From NCBI GenBank assembly GCA_964016885.1, contig OZ024746.1, positions 56,234,001 through 56,298,000 on the forward strand: DNA of 64,000 nucleotides, in the 5' to 3' direction. Numbering within the stretch: the stretch's first letter is position 1; each line of letters begins with the position of its first letter. This document shows positions 13,120-26,562 of this stretch, piece after piece. A program made the translations under genes and the position numbers. The notes beneath the pieces are model-generated. The model saw only the letters and a program-made list of their open reading frames with translations, was not told the DNA's origin and did no database searches. This DNA is from Eledone cirrhosa. Lineage: Eukaryota.

Positions 13120-14062
13120 ACTAAAGCAACATCTTCAAGAGAAAACAAGATCAGTAACCATCTTGGCCAGGTTTATGAGCATGAATCATATAATATCATT
13201 AGGATAGCCACTGATCTTGAGAAGACATGGAATAAGGCCTGACATAAATCCCTCTCCCAGCGACATTGGAATAATCTATTCAATGCTCCAACAATATAAA
13301 AAAAGATCGACCAATTGATTGAGAAACTTGTGCATGGGTACCTGAGACGAATAACACAGTCCATAGAAGGGATAAATCATTCAAAATGCCTGGCATGGAG
13401 TTCCGAGAAGAGGATGGTCAATAAATGTAGAAGAAATATCGAAGATGTTAGCCACATTGTTCCCAACTGAGAAAGAACGTCGTCTCATTGCTACCTCCCT
13501 ATGAGATACGGTGTGGTAGCTAGATCCATCTGGACAGCACATAGGAAAACAAAATTAAAAGCAAATGCGGAGGAATATGTTGAGATAGGAATACTGACGA
13601 ATACTGGTGGAACCTGAAAGTACAAACGTTCATGAAATTAATGCACAACCCGCCTGTTATTGTTGTTTGGGACCGCACATTCAAAACGCACTCTGTTGTA
13701 GAGATTAGCTGCCCAATTGATCTCAACTTTGTAAGAAAATACAGCAGGAGGACATTTTCGGACCATTGGTGAGGAGTTTGATGATCCACTATCTGGGATA
13801 TTCCTTCAGGTTCATGCCCATCATTATTGGAGCTAGAGGCTATATATCAACCCGCTTGGACCAAAGTGTGAGTAAACTTGGATTTGTTGACAAAAAGCGC
13901 AGCTTCCTAATTCAAAGACTACAAATGGCTGCGATAGCTGGCACCTTCAAAACTTGCAAAATATTATTGCGATTTAAGAGATGACAATTTATTTTCCATT
14001 ACAACTTTGCCATCATGAAGGTGGCCGGTCAAAAATGTACTCGAAATTAAGAGAAAGAGAAA
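13120..14062 (+). mobile_element. Second, diverged R4/Dong-like LINE 3' fragment ending in (TACA)n
   Basis: LVHGYL, YWWNL, VVEISCP, FMPIIIGARGY, LQMAAIAGT. Confidence 0.8.
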
Positions 14063-14730
14063 CATACATACGTACATACATATATACAAATTAATAACCT
14101 AATATATGTTTAAATTTTATTAACAGAAAAAGAAAAATTTGTGGGTTAAAAAGGGCTCTTTATTGGAGACAGATTTTTAAAATAAAGCCATGACACAGTC
14201 TTTCATACAAACGTGAATAAATGCTTACATACGTACATAAACACACATACACATACATATATAGATACATTCACAAATAAATATATACACACATACATAC
14301 ATATTCATTTACTTTTAGATACAAGTTGCATAGACTTCTAAAATCTTTGGAAGGATTTTTTTTCTATTTTCGTCTACCATTTATGAAATTTAATTAGAAA
14401 TATATTATCGATGTGGTACCGATACCAAGCACAAATAATTAATGTGCTAATAATAAACTGGCGGCAATGAAAAATACTACTACAAATAATGAATATGACT
14501 AATATAAAAATACGCTTAAATAATTAATGAGTTTGCTATAGTTTCTTAATAAAATAATGCAGTTGGATATGTTTTTCTTTTACTTAATTTTTTTTCAAAT
14601 TTATGTTTTATGTATTTCATCGAATTCAATTTCTGGTTTGTTATGAAAATAATTTGTTCTTTATTATTTTATTAGCGTGTGATGTGACATTATCGCAGTA
14701 TTACACGTTTCACATTTTCTTTCTCACAGT

Positions 14731-14735
14731 TTCTC

Positions 14736-14834
<99 letters not shown>

Positions 14835-15006
14835 CTCTTTCTCTCTCCTTCTCTCTATCTATCTCTCTATCTATATCTCCTTCACTCTCTCCCTCTCTCT
14901 CTCAATCTCTGTCACTCTCTCTCTGTCTCTCTGTTATATATATATTTATAAATAAAAATATCTTTATATATAAGTATGTATTAATATATGTATATATATG
15001 TGTGTA

Positions 15007-15095
<89 letters not shown>

Positions 15096-15100
15096 GCCTA
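14731..15100. repeat. (CT)n, (TA)n and (TG)n microsatellites
   Basis: Direct reading. Confidence 0.95.
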
Positions 15101-15389
15101 TTATGCATATTTATATGTGTACATGTAGGTAAAAACGCATATACTCTTTGTCACAAATAGGGAAATTAAGTATTCAATACGAAAAATGTAGTTTCATTCC
15201 ATTTATGAAAAGCTGAAAACATATCAAGATATCTAGTATTTGAGCCCCAGTCAGCAGAAAACCGATCCCAGGACATACGATAATAGATAGATAGATAAAT
15301 AGATATATATATAGTTACATGGATAGATAGATAGATGAATATGTAGATAGTTAGATAGATTGATATATATATGTATATATATATTTATA

Positions 15390-15468
<79 letters not shown>

Positions 15469-15533
15469 TTGATGGTCACTGATATGTCCAGCTCGTTGAC
15501 TGCCAGCATATGAAAAATCATACATGTCATAAG

Positions 15534-15606
15534 TATTTACCTGAAGAGGACATGTTTTGATTAAAGGTATACTAAAAACTTTGCATCTTCGAAATAGATA
15601 TATAAT
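15534..15606 (+). ncRNA. Hammerhead-like motif in a ~190 bp island between (TA)n tracts
   Basis: CTGAAGA (15541-47), long imperfect stem II, GAAA (15591-94), TAGATA-TA; stem I degenerate. Confidence 0.45.
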
Positions 15607-15668
15607 TAAATAAATAGAGATTTATATATATAAATCTCTATTTATTTTATTTATTTATACATATATAC

Positions 15669-15735
<67 letters not shown>

Positions 15736-16346
15736 TATATAGATATATAGATATATATATATAGAGAGAGAGAGGGCGAGAGAGAGCAGGGAGAGTGATA
15801 GAGAGAAAAAGAGATGTAATACAAATTTAGAAAGATACAGTATCATTTGCGTAGAAGCATCTACTATTATTTCGCTCATATATACTAAAACACTTTACCA
15901 TAATGAAATATGTATAGCTACAATAAGGAGAACAAACATTATTTTTGAATATATGGCTACGCATATTGCATTATCTGATAAAATTGTCAGACAAGCATTA
16001 GTATAGCATAAATAGTGTTTGTAGGCTAATTTATTACACCTATATCTTTCAAGCAGAGTTTTATATCAGATTTAGTAACTCACTACCTAGCACGACATTA
16101 TATTGTCAACAGTATATCTTAATTTATTTTAGAATTTGTTATTCTAAATATGTTCTGATGCTCTGCATTTTATCATATTTCGTTCAAGCACAATCTACCA
16201 AATTACAATGATATATTTTATGCAATTAAATCGTAGAAATATCATTTAGCAATCTAAAATACATGCATACATACACACACACACACACACATATTTATAT
16301 ACACATTGAATTACAGACACACACGCACACACATACACACATATAT

Positions 16347-16475
16347 GTTTATCCAGGGTTTAATCGGGGATGACCACACTAAGGAAGGAACTGAATACAT
16401 AGCAGAGTATAAATATTTAACATAGAAATGGCTTCTAGAGGACTAGAACTGTTTCAGTAGAATCCATTTCTATAT

Positions 16476-16482
<7 letters not shown>
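16347..16482. mobile_element. Mini two-arm PLE pLTR-end insertion containing the 3' half of an HHR
   Basis: ATATTTAACATAGAAATGGCTTCTA is inverted as TAGAATCCATTTCTATATTAAATAT; minus strand has GAAAC-AGTTCTA-GTC; (TA)n on the right. Confidence 0.5.
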
Positions 16483-16572
<90 letters not shown>

Positions 16573-16979
16573 ACATTTATTTCACATATATCATTTTAGT
16601 TTTTTTGTCAAACCTATCGTTGCGATTTAGATACAGAAAATTATGTCAGCCTTATTGTATCCAAGTATTTTGAAATACATTAACACGTTTGATACAACAT
16701 ACGTAAAAGCGGCATTGGTTCTACGACGAAAACCACTATTTTAATGTTTATCTTTGTTTAAAATTTCTCCTTATAATTTTCTTTATGAACCATTTTTTTT
16801 ATTTTTTAGATGATGCCTTAGATACCAAAATACTTTTGGCTCAGTTATATTACTAAATCTTTCCAAATTATTTAGTATCTTCGAGATTACGTGAAATTCC
16901 TCGTATCGAAAGAGTTAGACAATACAATGAAAATTGTCGATATGAACACACACATTTTTATATACACACACACACAAAC

Positions 16980-17064
<85 letters not shown>

Positions 17065-19785
17065 TATATATATATATACATACATATATACATATATATA
17101 TATATACATACATACATATACATACATACATACATATACATACATACATATACATGTATACGTGTGTGTATGAAAGTATTTAATAATTTATCAAATCTGC
17201 CTTCTTTTTCTACAATGCAAAAAAAAGGAAATAATTTTAAAAATAAAATTAAAAAAATATATATCTGAGATTGAACACGACACATTTTTGCAGTTTATTA
17301 AAATGGGAAGGAAAGACAAAGAGCAAGAAACTATTAAGAATATATTTTAAATATAATCCCATTTTTGTAAAGTATGAATTGAGGCATAGATTTTTACTAT
17401 TCATGACGGGAAGAATGGTAAATGTACAAAAGTTGGTAATAGAGGTAATATATCAACGTCAAATTCCTTCAAATACGATCACGCATCGAAGCTAAATTTA
17501 GAATCTGTCCGCCGGCGAAGTTTTAAGTAAAGAGCAGTTTATAAAAAGAAATACATTTTTTTATATACGTACGAACATTAGATGTAATGCATTACAATTA
17601 TATGCTCACGTATAATGTGCAATATAAAAGCATATATACACACATATACATTCGCAGCGTAAACACACGTAAAGATAACAGTCACTTCTCCATTTTCTAT
17701 CTGTCTACTAGTAATCTATCTATTATTCCTCTCTCTATATATATTTATCTTTCTCTCGCTTTCTCTCTCTGTCTCGCGCTACCGCTCTCTTCCTCTCTAT
17801 CTCTCTCTTCTCTCTTTCTCTCTCTCTCTCTGTATGTATGTATACATATAGATATATAAATATATATGTGTGTATGTATACATATATATATATATATGTG
17901 TGTCGGTGTATGTAGTTATGTACGTTTGTATACCATTTCATAGATGCGTATGCGTGTGTATGTATACTGAGATGAGTGTTTATGTTAAGGGGATATATGA
18001 CAATTGAGGAATACAGAAAATGAGTAAAAGAGAGAGAGTTAAACAAAGTAAATGAATTTCTAGTATATTTTTCTTCCTTTGTTACGAACAAATATGGTAA
18101 ATATATTAAGAATAAATGTGTTCCATAAATCTGACGTATAGGGTAATGAAATATACCGTCTCAAGTTCTAGGTTATGTGGTTCTGGTCTTGTTTCATTCC
18201 ACGGGCATTAGTTTAAAGCAATCCTTTGATGTTGCATAGAATACACAAGAGATATCAAAGTAACTGAACAAATTAAATAAAAGATAATACTGGACAGCCC
18301 ATGACCCGGATCACGGATAATCTGGTAATGTATTAATAGATAGTGAGGGTTACAATATATAGAATGATAGAGGGTTATAATACATATAGAAAGCGGGGTT
18401 ATTATATACTGAGAGAGGGTTATTGGTTATCAGAGAACTGTTGGCTATTTATGAAGGTACCAGGAAAAAACCTGTATCTCCGGAACACCTGCTCTGATTT
18501 ACTCGAAACTTGTTTATTTCATTTGTACTCCCCTTTGAGCGGCAACTTCCTTTCAAATCATTTTCCCACCATGTGCCGTTTTGGCTTTAGTACATTTCAG
18601 GTCGACGAATATGGAATTAATCTAGGAGTACAAGATTGGAGAAATCTCTAAAGAATCGGACTGGGTTTTTTACGCTATTTCTTCCATCGTTGTATATTTT
18701 GTGTTCAGATTCTTCAGCTTGTTACGGAAAAATCAACGACGCTTCAAACTGAAGTTCCAAAAGGGAGAATGCAAACCTCTTTTCCAGCAGGTTAAACAGT
18801 GGTGGGAAGAAATTGGCCTAAAAAAGGGATTCATGGAAAATATTCATGAATATTTGTACGGAAATAACGATTAGAAAAATCCTCTAAATTTCAATGGAAA
18901 TAATTTTCCAGTCAGACCTAGTGATTGACGCTATCTGATTGTCTTGAGATTAATATCTTTCTTCATATACTACAGAATGGAACATCATTAGCAAACTTTT
19001 TAACATGTTTTATTCTACATTTACGGTACTAGACGGCTCAATTCAATGTGTTAATATTTATGTAAACACCTCCGATCATATTTTCATGAAACATTTTCTT
19101 AAGTTATGCTCCAAACAAAAATCTGGTAATTGTTATTTAGTTATTACGAAATCATACCTTAATACATTTTTGAAAATAAATTGTAAATGAGAGCCAGTTT
19201 ATGACGATAGAAACACAGTAATGAACACGGTTTCTTTTATTAATCTGTGTATCGTAGCGTCGCTTACGTATATACAAGTCGTTTACATATATACACGTGT
19301 TTAGTTTTAGGTAAGTATATATAAATAATGTTTTTAGATTATCATATCCATTGGAAATTATATTTTCAGAGTCTAAACCTTGTTTCATTTGTAATGCGCT
19401 GCAAATATTTACTATCACCCCTAAACACCAATCTCTAGATTGTGTGAATATGAGACGTAGACTCCTGCCATGTTGCTGTTTACCCCATGACATACGTAAT
19501 CGAATTCGCTTAAATTTCAATGCATTCTAGGCATCTAGTATATTCAGATATGATTACATTTGCATACACCTTCAAAATGTATTAAGGCAATAGAGAGATA
19601 TATAACTGTCTGTTATTTAATATAAAGCGTCGACGTGATTATAACTCATTGGATTCTGTGGTGTTGATGAAAGCACCTTATGATGTAGGTGTATCTTTGT
19701 TCCAATTGCAGATTTCAGAGGCGAGATAGCTGTGTTAACTGAGCAGTAAACAGTCAATTTCTTGATATTAAGACACACGCACGCA

Positions 19786-19830
<45 letters not shown>

Positions 19831-19854
19831 ATATCACGCCCACACACACACATC

Positions 19855-19903
<49 letters not shown>

Positions 19904-19966
19904 GCAAATCCGAGAAAACAATGTTTTCATTGGTTTTTCCAATAGCTAAAAGTATCTGTCGGTCTC

Positions 19967-20013
<47 letters not shown>

Positions 20014-20552
20014 TGTGTGTCTGTGTGTGTGTGTGTGTGTATATGTGTGGGTGCGTGTTTGTGTCTGTGTATCGCAGCTTTATAAATGTACAACTCTTAA
20101 ATCATCTACAATGAACTTCGCACATATGATCACTGTTATATATAAATATGCAACAATTAGATTGAATCAACCACGCAAACAACACAGGACAATGCAGTAT
20201 GTAATAGTTTAACGTTCTATATAACATGAAGAGTGTCTTTATATTTCTTGCACAAGTCCTCCATCAGAAGGTAGAGTGAGAAATAAAGGACAAAATAGAA
20301 ACACAGGCAGTGAGAACAATGATGAACCGAACATTTTAGAAAAAGCACGTACGCTATTAGTCAGCCATCGTAGAGAGTTTATATATATATATGTATAAAT
20401 ATATATATAATTCAAGAAAGAAGACTGACATGGTTCGCTATACAATAAGGGCTTTATTCACATTGCTGACAATTGTTTCTTCGATCTGGTAGGTCTAGAG
20501 TTCGCTATCCGCCTGGATAAACTGTTATCCCGTATATACATATATATATATA

Positions 20553-20603
<51 letters not shown>

Positions 20604-20650
20604 AAATAAATATATGTATTTATATATATATAATTATATATATATGTATA

Positions 20651-20693
<43 letters not shown>

Positions 20694-20798
20694 ATGAAAT
20701 TATATATATATATATACACATTATTTCTCACACTTAATACGGCTGTTACTTAAATGTAAGTATGTATACGTACATATATGTATACAGACGTACAGTAG

Positions 20799-20839
<41 letters not shown>

Positions 20840-20976
20840 GCACACATATATATATGTACGTATGGATTCACCGAACATTTTTTATAATGCTCGGTGTGTT
20901 TGTAAACAAACATCCCGTATTAAGCTGTAGTGTCTAGCAATGATCGTTGCTCGTTTGTTCAACACTGACAAAGGAA

Positions 20977-21017
20977 CGCTGTACTAGTTTTAAGCTTATT
21001 AGCTATCGTCAGCAACG
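20977..21017 (-). ncRNA. Minimal type I hammerhead, family B (G12 to A, probably inactive)
   Basis: CGTTG-CTGACGA-TAGCT AATA AGCTT-AAAA-CTAG-TA-CAGCG. Confidence 0.8.
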
Positions 21018-21328
21018 TATACCATCCTGCCAGATGGTTGAACGTCTGAAAGTGTATAATTTCCTTATGCATATTAACGGCTGAGCAGCCTACTTTGCAT
21101 ATCGAGTGGGTTAATCGGCCGGGGTACCGAAAACGATAAAAGGAAAACATGAAACGACATTTCATTCTTCACTCTTAGTACGGCTGTTACTTAAATATAA
21201 GTATGTATACGTACATACATATATGTATACAGACAACTCACTCGATATGCAAATTAGGCTGCTCAGCCGTTAATATGCATAAGGAATGTATATACTTTCA
21301 GACGTTCAACCATCTGGCGGAAGGTATA

Positions 21329-21369
21329 CGGTGCTGACGATAGCTAATAAGCTTGAAACTTGTACAGCG
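21329..21369 (+). ncRNA. Minimal type I hammerhead, family B (core intact)
   Basis: CGGTG-CTGACGA-TAGCT AATA AGCTT-GAAA-CTTG-TA-CAGCG. Confidence 0.85.
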
Positions 21370-21510
21370 TTCCTTTATCAGTGTTGAACAAACGAGCAAC
21401 GATTATTGCTAGACACTACGGCTTAATATGGGATGTTTATTTACAAACACACCGATCATTAAAATAAATGTTCGGTGAATCCATACGTACATATATATAT
21501 GTGTGCATGC

Positions 21511-21630
<120 letters not shown>

Positions 21631-21729
21631 TACTGTACGTTTATATACATATATGTATGTACGTGTACATACTTATATTTAAGTAACAGCCGTACTAAGA
21701 GGGAAATTAAATTTCGTTTCATTTATTCC

Positions 21730-21768
<39 letters not shown>

Positions 21769-21836
21769 TTATATATATACAATTTATATATATACAATTT
21801 ATATATATATACAATTTATATATATATATATATATT

Positions 21837-21918
<82 letters not shown>

Positions 21919-21974
21919 TGACAGATTAAAGTTTAATAATAATAATAATAATAATTATTATAAACACTTCTTCA

Positions 21975-22140
21975 AGGTATCGCACTTTAGCCGCATTTTG
22001 TTAAAAGCCTCCTACGAATTTCTGCCCCCGACACACTTTCCTGCCAGAGAAATTGGATCACTGCAATTTGTTCTTCCTTGGTGCACACCGCTGGCAACAC
22101 GGCAATGCTTACATTGGGACACCAGCAAGAAACCTGGCAC
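21975..22140 (-). mobile_element. Mariner transposase N-terminal fragment
   Basis: TKEEQIAVIQFLWQESVSGAEIRRRL resembles the mariner N-terminal HTH. Confidence 0.65.
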
Positions 22141-22316
22141 GTGACCACAATAGTACCAAATGTGAGCATGCATGAGCAGAAGTGAGTCTGTCAAACACAA
22201 ATATATAATATACATATTTGTTTATCTGAACTGATTGGATTTTTCGTTGCTTTGGTATCATGTGGCTAGGCTTGCCTGACGCACTTTTCAATGTGTCAAG
22301 CTATCTAACGTCATTC

Positions 22317-22418
22317 TGAGTTCAAATCCCGCCGAGGTTAACTTTGACTTTCATCCTTACGGGGTTGATAAAATAAAGTGCCAGTAATAAACTTGTGCCA
22401 AAAGTAGAAGCAGTTATT
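22317..22418 (+). mobile_element. tRNA-derived SINE, 5'-truncated
   Basis: B-box and shared SINE core. Confidence 0.8.
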
Positions 22419-22504
22419 ACTCTAAGTGCTTTGCTGCACATTCTTAATTGTATATCTTTAGCTTTGCCACAGCCCATACTTCGATTTAACTAAACTTCCA
22501 TTTG

Positions 22505-22585
<81 letters not shown>

Positions 22586-22653
22586 ATGAAAAAAAGATTA
22601 AGTCGAAAATGCAATTGGAGTCTTATTTAAAAAAAAATATATAAATTTATTTT

Positions 22654-22696
22654 CTTCCTTTACCGGTTTCGCAGTCCTTCTGCTTTTCAAAAGAAG
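22654..22696 (-). ncRNA. Minimal type I hammerhead with U3-A8 core in the PLE2 pLTR
   Basis: TTCTT-TTGAAAA-GCAG AAGGA CTGC-GAAA-CCGG-TA-AAGGA; palindromic loop III. Confidence 0.8.
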
Positions 22697-23466
22697 AGTT
22701 GAGATGGAGTGTCTGTGGTTTTTTAAACATCTGGTTTGTCTTAGAATGTTACTTGTTTTATATGGAAAAAAGTGGCTCGAAACGCCAGGTTTTTAGAGAA
22801 GTAATTTGATTTGTTGTTCAATAAGTATAATAAATTTCGCGCCAGTTCGCGTTACAAAGTTCTTCAAACAGGGGGGTGGGGCTCAGATTGTTTTTTTCAT
22901 ATATGAGTGAAGTTTGGTTGGTTGATGCAGTCACGTTAATAAGCACATCAGCTTTCGCGCCAGTTTGTTTGAATTTCTTTTTACTTAAAATAAAAGGGTT
23001 AACGAAGGCTTTTTTTAATAAATGTAATTTGATTGGTTATAAATTAAATTATCGCTGTCACGTGACCAATTTCATTAAATTTCGCGCCCGTATTTGGGAA
23101 TTTATTTTGTAGCCTTTTAGAGAATTTTATGACAGACAAAAGATAATGGTCAAGAGAAATGGCATGGAGGGAATTGTTCGGGTTCAGTAAATATGACAGG
23201 CTTTTTTTTCATATATGAGTGAAGTTTGGTTGGTTTATGCAGTCACGTGAATAAGTAGATCAGCATTCGCGTCAGTTTGTTTGAATTTCTTTTTACTTTA
23301 ATAAAGTGGCTCACGAAGGCTTTTTTTTAATAAATATAATTTGATTGGTTATAAATGAAATTATGATTTTCACGTGAACAAGTTCATTAAATTTCGCGCC
23401 CGTATTTGGGAATTTATTTTGTAGCCTTTTAGATAATTTTATGACAAACAAAAGATAATGGTCAAG

Positions 23467-24498
23467 ATTGTCTCATTCTTTGGTCCCATACACTCGACCA
23501 ACTGAATGATTTCAAAAATTTAATTAACGGCATCAACAACCACATCCAAGTCACAATGGAATACAGCCAAGATCAATTCCCATTTCTGGACATCTTAATC
23601 TTAAAAAGAGACATCAATATTGAAACTGACATACACTACAAACCAACAGATTCCAAACAATACCTGCTATTCACCTCCAACTATCCAAAGCATACGAAGT
23701 CGAACATTCCTTTTAACCTAGCAAGAATAATTTGCACAATTGTCTCCAAATATGAAACGCGAAATAAAACTCTTCAAGAATCAAAGCAAATTCTACTCGA
23801 AAGACAGTACCCACCATTACTAATAAATAATGGAATAGAAAGGGCTAAAACAATAGGCATTGATGAATTACGAAAACAGAAACAAATTCAAGGTACGTCC
23901 AATATTCTATCATATATCTCAACACACATCCCAAGAAATGCGGAAGCTTACAACACTATTCACAAGAACAACCAGCTATTGAAACAAGACCCAAGAATGA
24001 AAAGCAAAAAATAACGAAACCAAAAAGACAACCGAAATCACTAAAATCATTACTCACCAATGCCAAATTATCTACCACAAACCCACAACCAATTGTTAAA
24101 AAATGTGGTCGCTCTAATTGTGGAACCTCCACTCACCTCATTGAAGGCAACATGCATACATTTCAATCAGGGCAACATTTTGCTGTAAAAAATCACTTCA
24201 CTTGCTCATCAAAAAATCTAATTTAAGCCATTAAATGTAAAGGATGCAATGAAGATTATATAGGACAAACTAAACTCATACTCAGAAACAGAATGACAGT
24301 TCATCGCCAACAATTACGAGATCCAACCACGAGGCAGATACCACTAAGCGCACATCTAGACATATGCGACACTAATAAGACACCAAAATTCCAAGTCTTC
24401 CCGTTTTACCTTGCGCTGACAATACAACAGAACCAATATGAATAAATAAGGAAAATACGTTTATTAAAAAATATAGATCAGCATTGAATATGGTTTAA
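23467..24498 (+). pseudogene. PLE RT C-terminus + Cys linker + GIY-YIG endonuclease, disrupted
   Basis: DCLILW, FPFLDILI, HYKPTDSKQYL, NIPFNLAR; then CGRSNCG, CSSKNLI*AIKCKGCNEDYIGQT, RMTVHRQQ; frameshifts and stops. Confidence 0.9.
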
Positions 24499-26022
24499 TA
24501 TACATTATGTCAACACCATAACATGCTAACCATCCAAACAGACACATACACACGCACATAACACCTTCTCCTTTAGAAAATAAAAACTCGAACTAAATAA
24601 CCCTTAACATACGTTTGTGGTGACAATACAACAGAACAAATAAGAATAAATAAGTAAAATATGTTCATTCAAAAATATGTCTACTAACGGAATCATTTTC
24701 CTACACACACACACACACACAAAATATATATTCTCTTCAACTTAACATGCTAACCATACTCCCACACACACATAACACCCATACACACACACATAACACC
24801 CCCCACACACACACCTCCCTCCCCCCAATTTCTTCTAACAGAACCACTTTCCTACACACATACACACACAACATATATATATTCTCCCCATCTTAACATA
24901 CTTCCTCCCACACACACACACATAACACCCATATACACACACACAACTTCCTCCCCCATTTCTACTAATATAATGATCTTCATACACACATACACACACA
25001 CACAAGCACACCAATAAAGATACATATCTCTACTTTCTTTATTTCAATAGAAAGTCTGAATTCTGACACCCCAGCGAACCAGCCATATTCAATGAACCAG
25101 AACAATTCTCCCATCCCATTTCTCTTGACCATTATCTTTTGTTTGTCATAACATTCTCTAAAAGGCTACAAAATAAATTCCCAAATACGGGCGCGATTTA
25201 ATGACCTTGTTCACGTGACATCATAATTTCATTTATAACCAATCAAATTACATTTATTTAAAAAAAGCCTTCGTGAGCCAGTTTTTTAAAGTAAAAAGAA
25301 ATTCAAACAAACTGACGCGAAAGCTGATCTGCTTATTCACGTGACTGCATAAACCAACAAATCTTCACTCATACATGAAAAAACAACCTGCCATATTCAC
25401 TGAACCAGAACAATACCGCCCATCCCATTTCTCTTGACCATTATCTTTTGTTTGTCATAAAATTCTCTAAACGGCTACACAATAAATTCCCAAATACGGG
25501 CACGATTTTTATTAACTTGTTAACGTGACAGCCTTAATTTCATTTATAACCAATCAAATTACATTTATAAAAAAAAAACCCTTCGTGAGCCCCCTTTTTT
25601 ATGTAAAAAGAAATTCAAACAAACTGACGCGAAAGCTGATGTGCCTTTTCACGTGACTGCATCAACCAACCAAACTTCACTCATATATGAAAAAGCAACA
25701 CGATCCCCCCCCCCCCCCCCATCCACACACACACACACTTATTTGAAGAACTTTGTAACGCGAACTGGCGTGAAATGTATTATTCTTATTGACCAACCAA
25801 TCAAATTACTTGTATAAAAACCTGGCGTTTCGAGCCACTTTTTTCCATATAAAACAAGTAACATTCTAAGACCAACCAGTAAAGGAACCAAATATATATA
25901 TATATTGGTTTTAAATAAGACTCCAGTTGCATTTTCGATTTCATCTTTTTTTCTTTATTTCTTTATACTTTCACTCGTGTAGGAGACCTCAGTTATTTTT
26001 CATTTTGTAAAAAAAACCTCAC

Positions 26023-26054
<32 letters not shown>

Positions 26055-26202
26055 GATTGCGGGAAAAACGACAAATACTCCCTCTCACTTCTAATTTTGA
26101 AAAGCATAAATCTGTGAAACAAATAAACAAATAACAAAAATGTAAACAAATAAACAAATATATTTAAACAGACTCGAGTTGCCTTTTCGAATTGTTGTCC
26201 TT
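26055..26202 (+). mobile_element. Solo pLTR 3' end related to PLE2, with degenerate U3-A8 HHR at about 26093-26130
   Basis: TTGAAAA-GCA TAAATC TGT-GAAAC; downstream AGACTCGAGTTGCCTTTTCGA resembles the PLE2 end AGACTCCAGTTGCATTTTCGA; (TA)n on both sides. Confidence 0.55.
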
Positions 26203-26232
26203 ATATATATATATATATAAATATATAGTAAT

Positions 26233-26425
26233 AATAATTGTTTTTTACTGTTGGCATAAGGCCAGCAATTATCCCAGTGTATTACTGGTACTTTATTTTA
26301 TCGACCCTGTAAGGAGGAATGGCAAAGTTAACCTCGGCGGGATTTGAACTCAGATCATAAAGGGATGTAACTCTATGGTTCAAAGTATGGCATCCGACCC
26401 TCTACCAATACTGCTAATTTACCAA
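26233..26425 (-). mobile_element. tRNA-derived SINE, near full length
   Basis: Reverse complement of the SINE core, A-box-like and B-box motifs present. Confidence 0.88.
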
Positions 26426-26431
26426 TAATAA

Positions 26432-26546
26432 TAATAATAAATGTGAAGACTAAAATCCAAAGAGGGCTCGATAAGGATAAATAAGATCCCGTTAAGGGTG
26501 ACCGCAACGATTATTTGCTTAAAATTTAATCTGTTATTTTAATTTA
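26432..26546. mobile_element. Mini two-arm insertion of PLE1 (family A) 3' ends
   Basis: 26440-26483 matches the reverse complement of 5074-5118; 26483-26543 matches 4978-5038. Confidence 0.8.
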
Positions 26547-26562
26547 AAATATATATATATAT

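Larger units (their letters stand above)
22584..26028. mobile_element. Penelope-like element 2 (Neptune-like): inverted pLTR 22584-23466 joined to a 5'-truncated plus-strand copy 23467-26028
   Basis: 22584-23466 is the reverse complement of about 25122-25955; ~300 bp tandem subrepeat in both arms; RT/GIY-YIG remnant between; microsatellite flanks. Confidence 0.9.

Noticed and set aside
18400-18850. Possible host exon or LINE fragment
   Set aside because: Could not assign a frame or motif with confidence
20236-20272. HHR-like CTGATGG...GAAATATA on the minus strand
   Set aside because: A9 missing and no credible stem II
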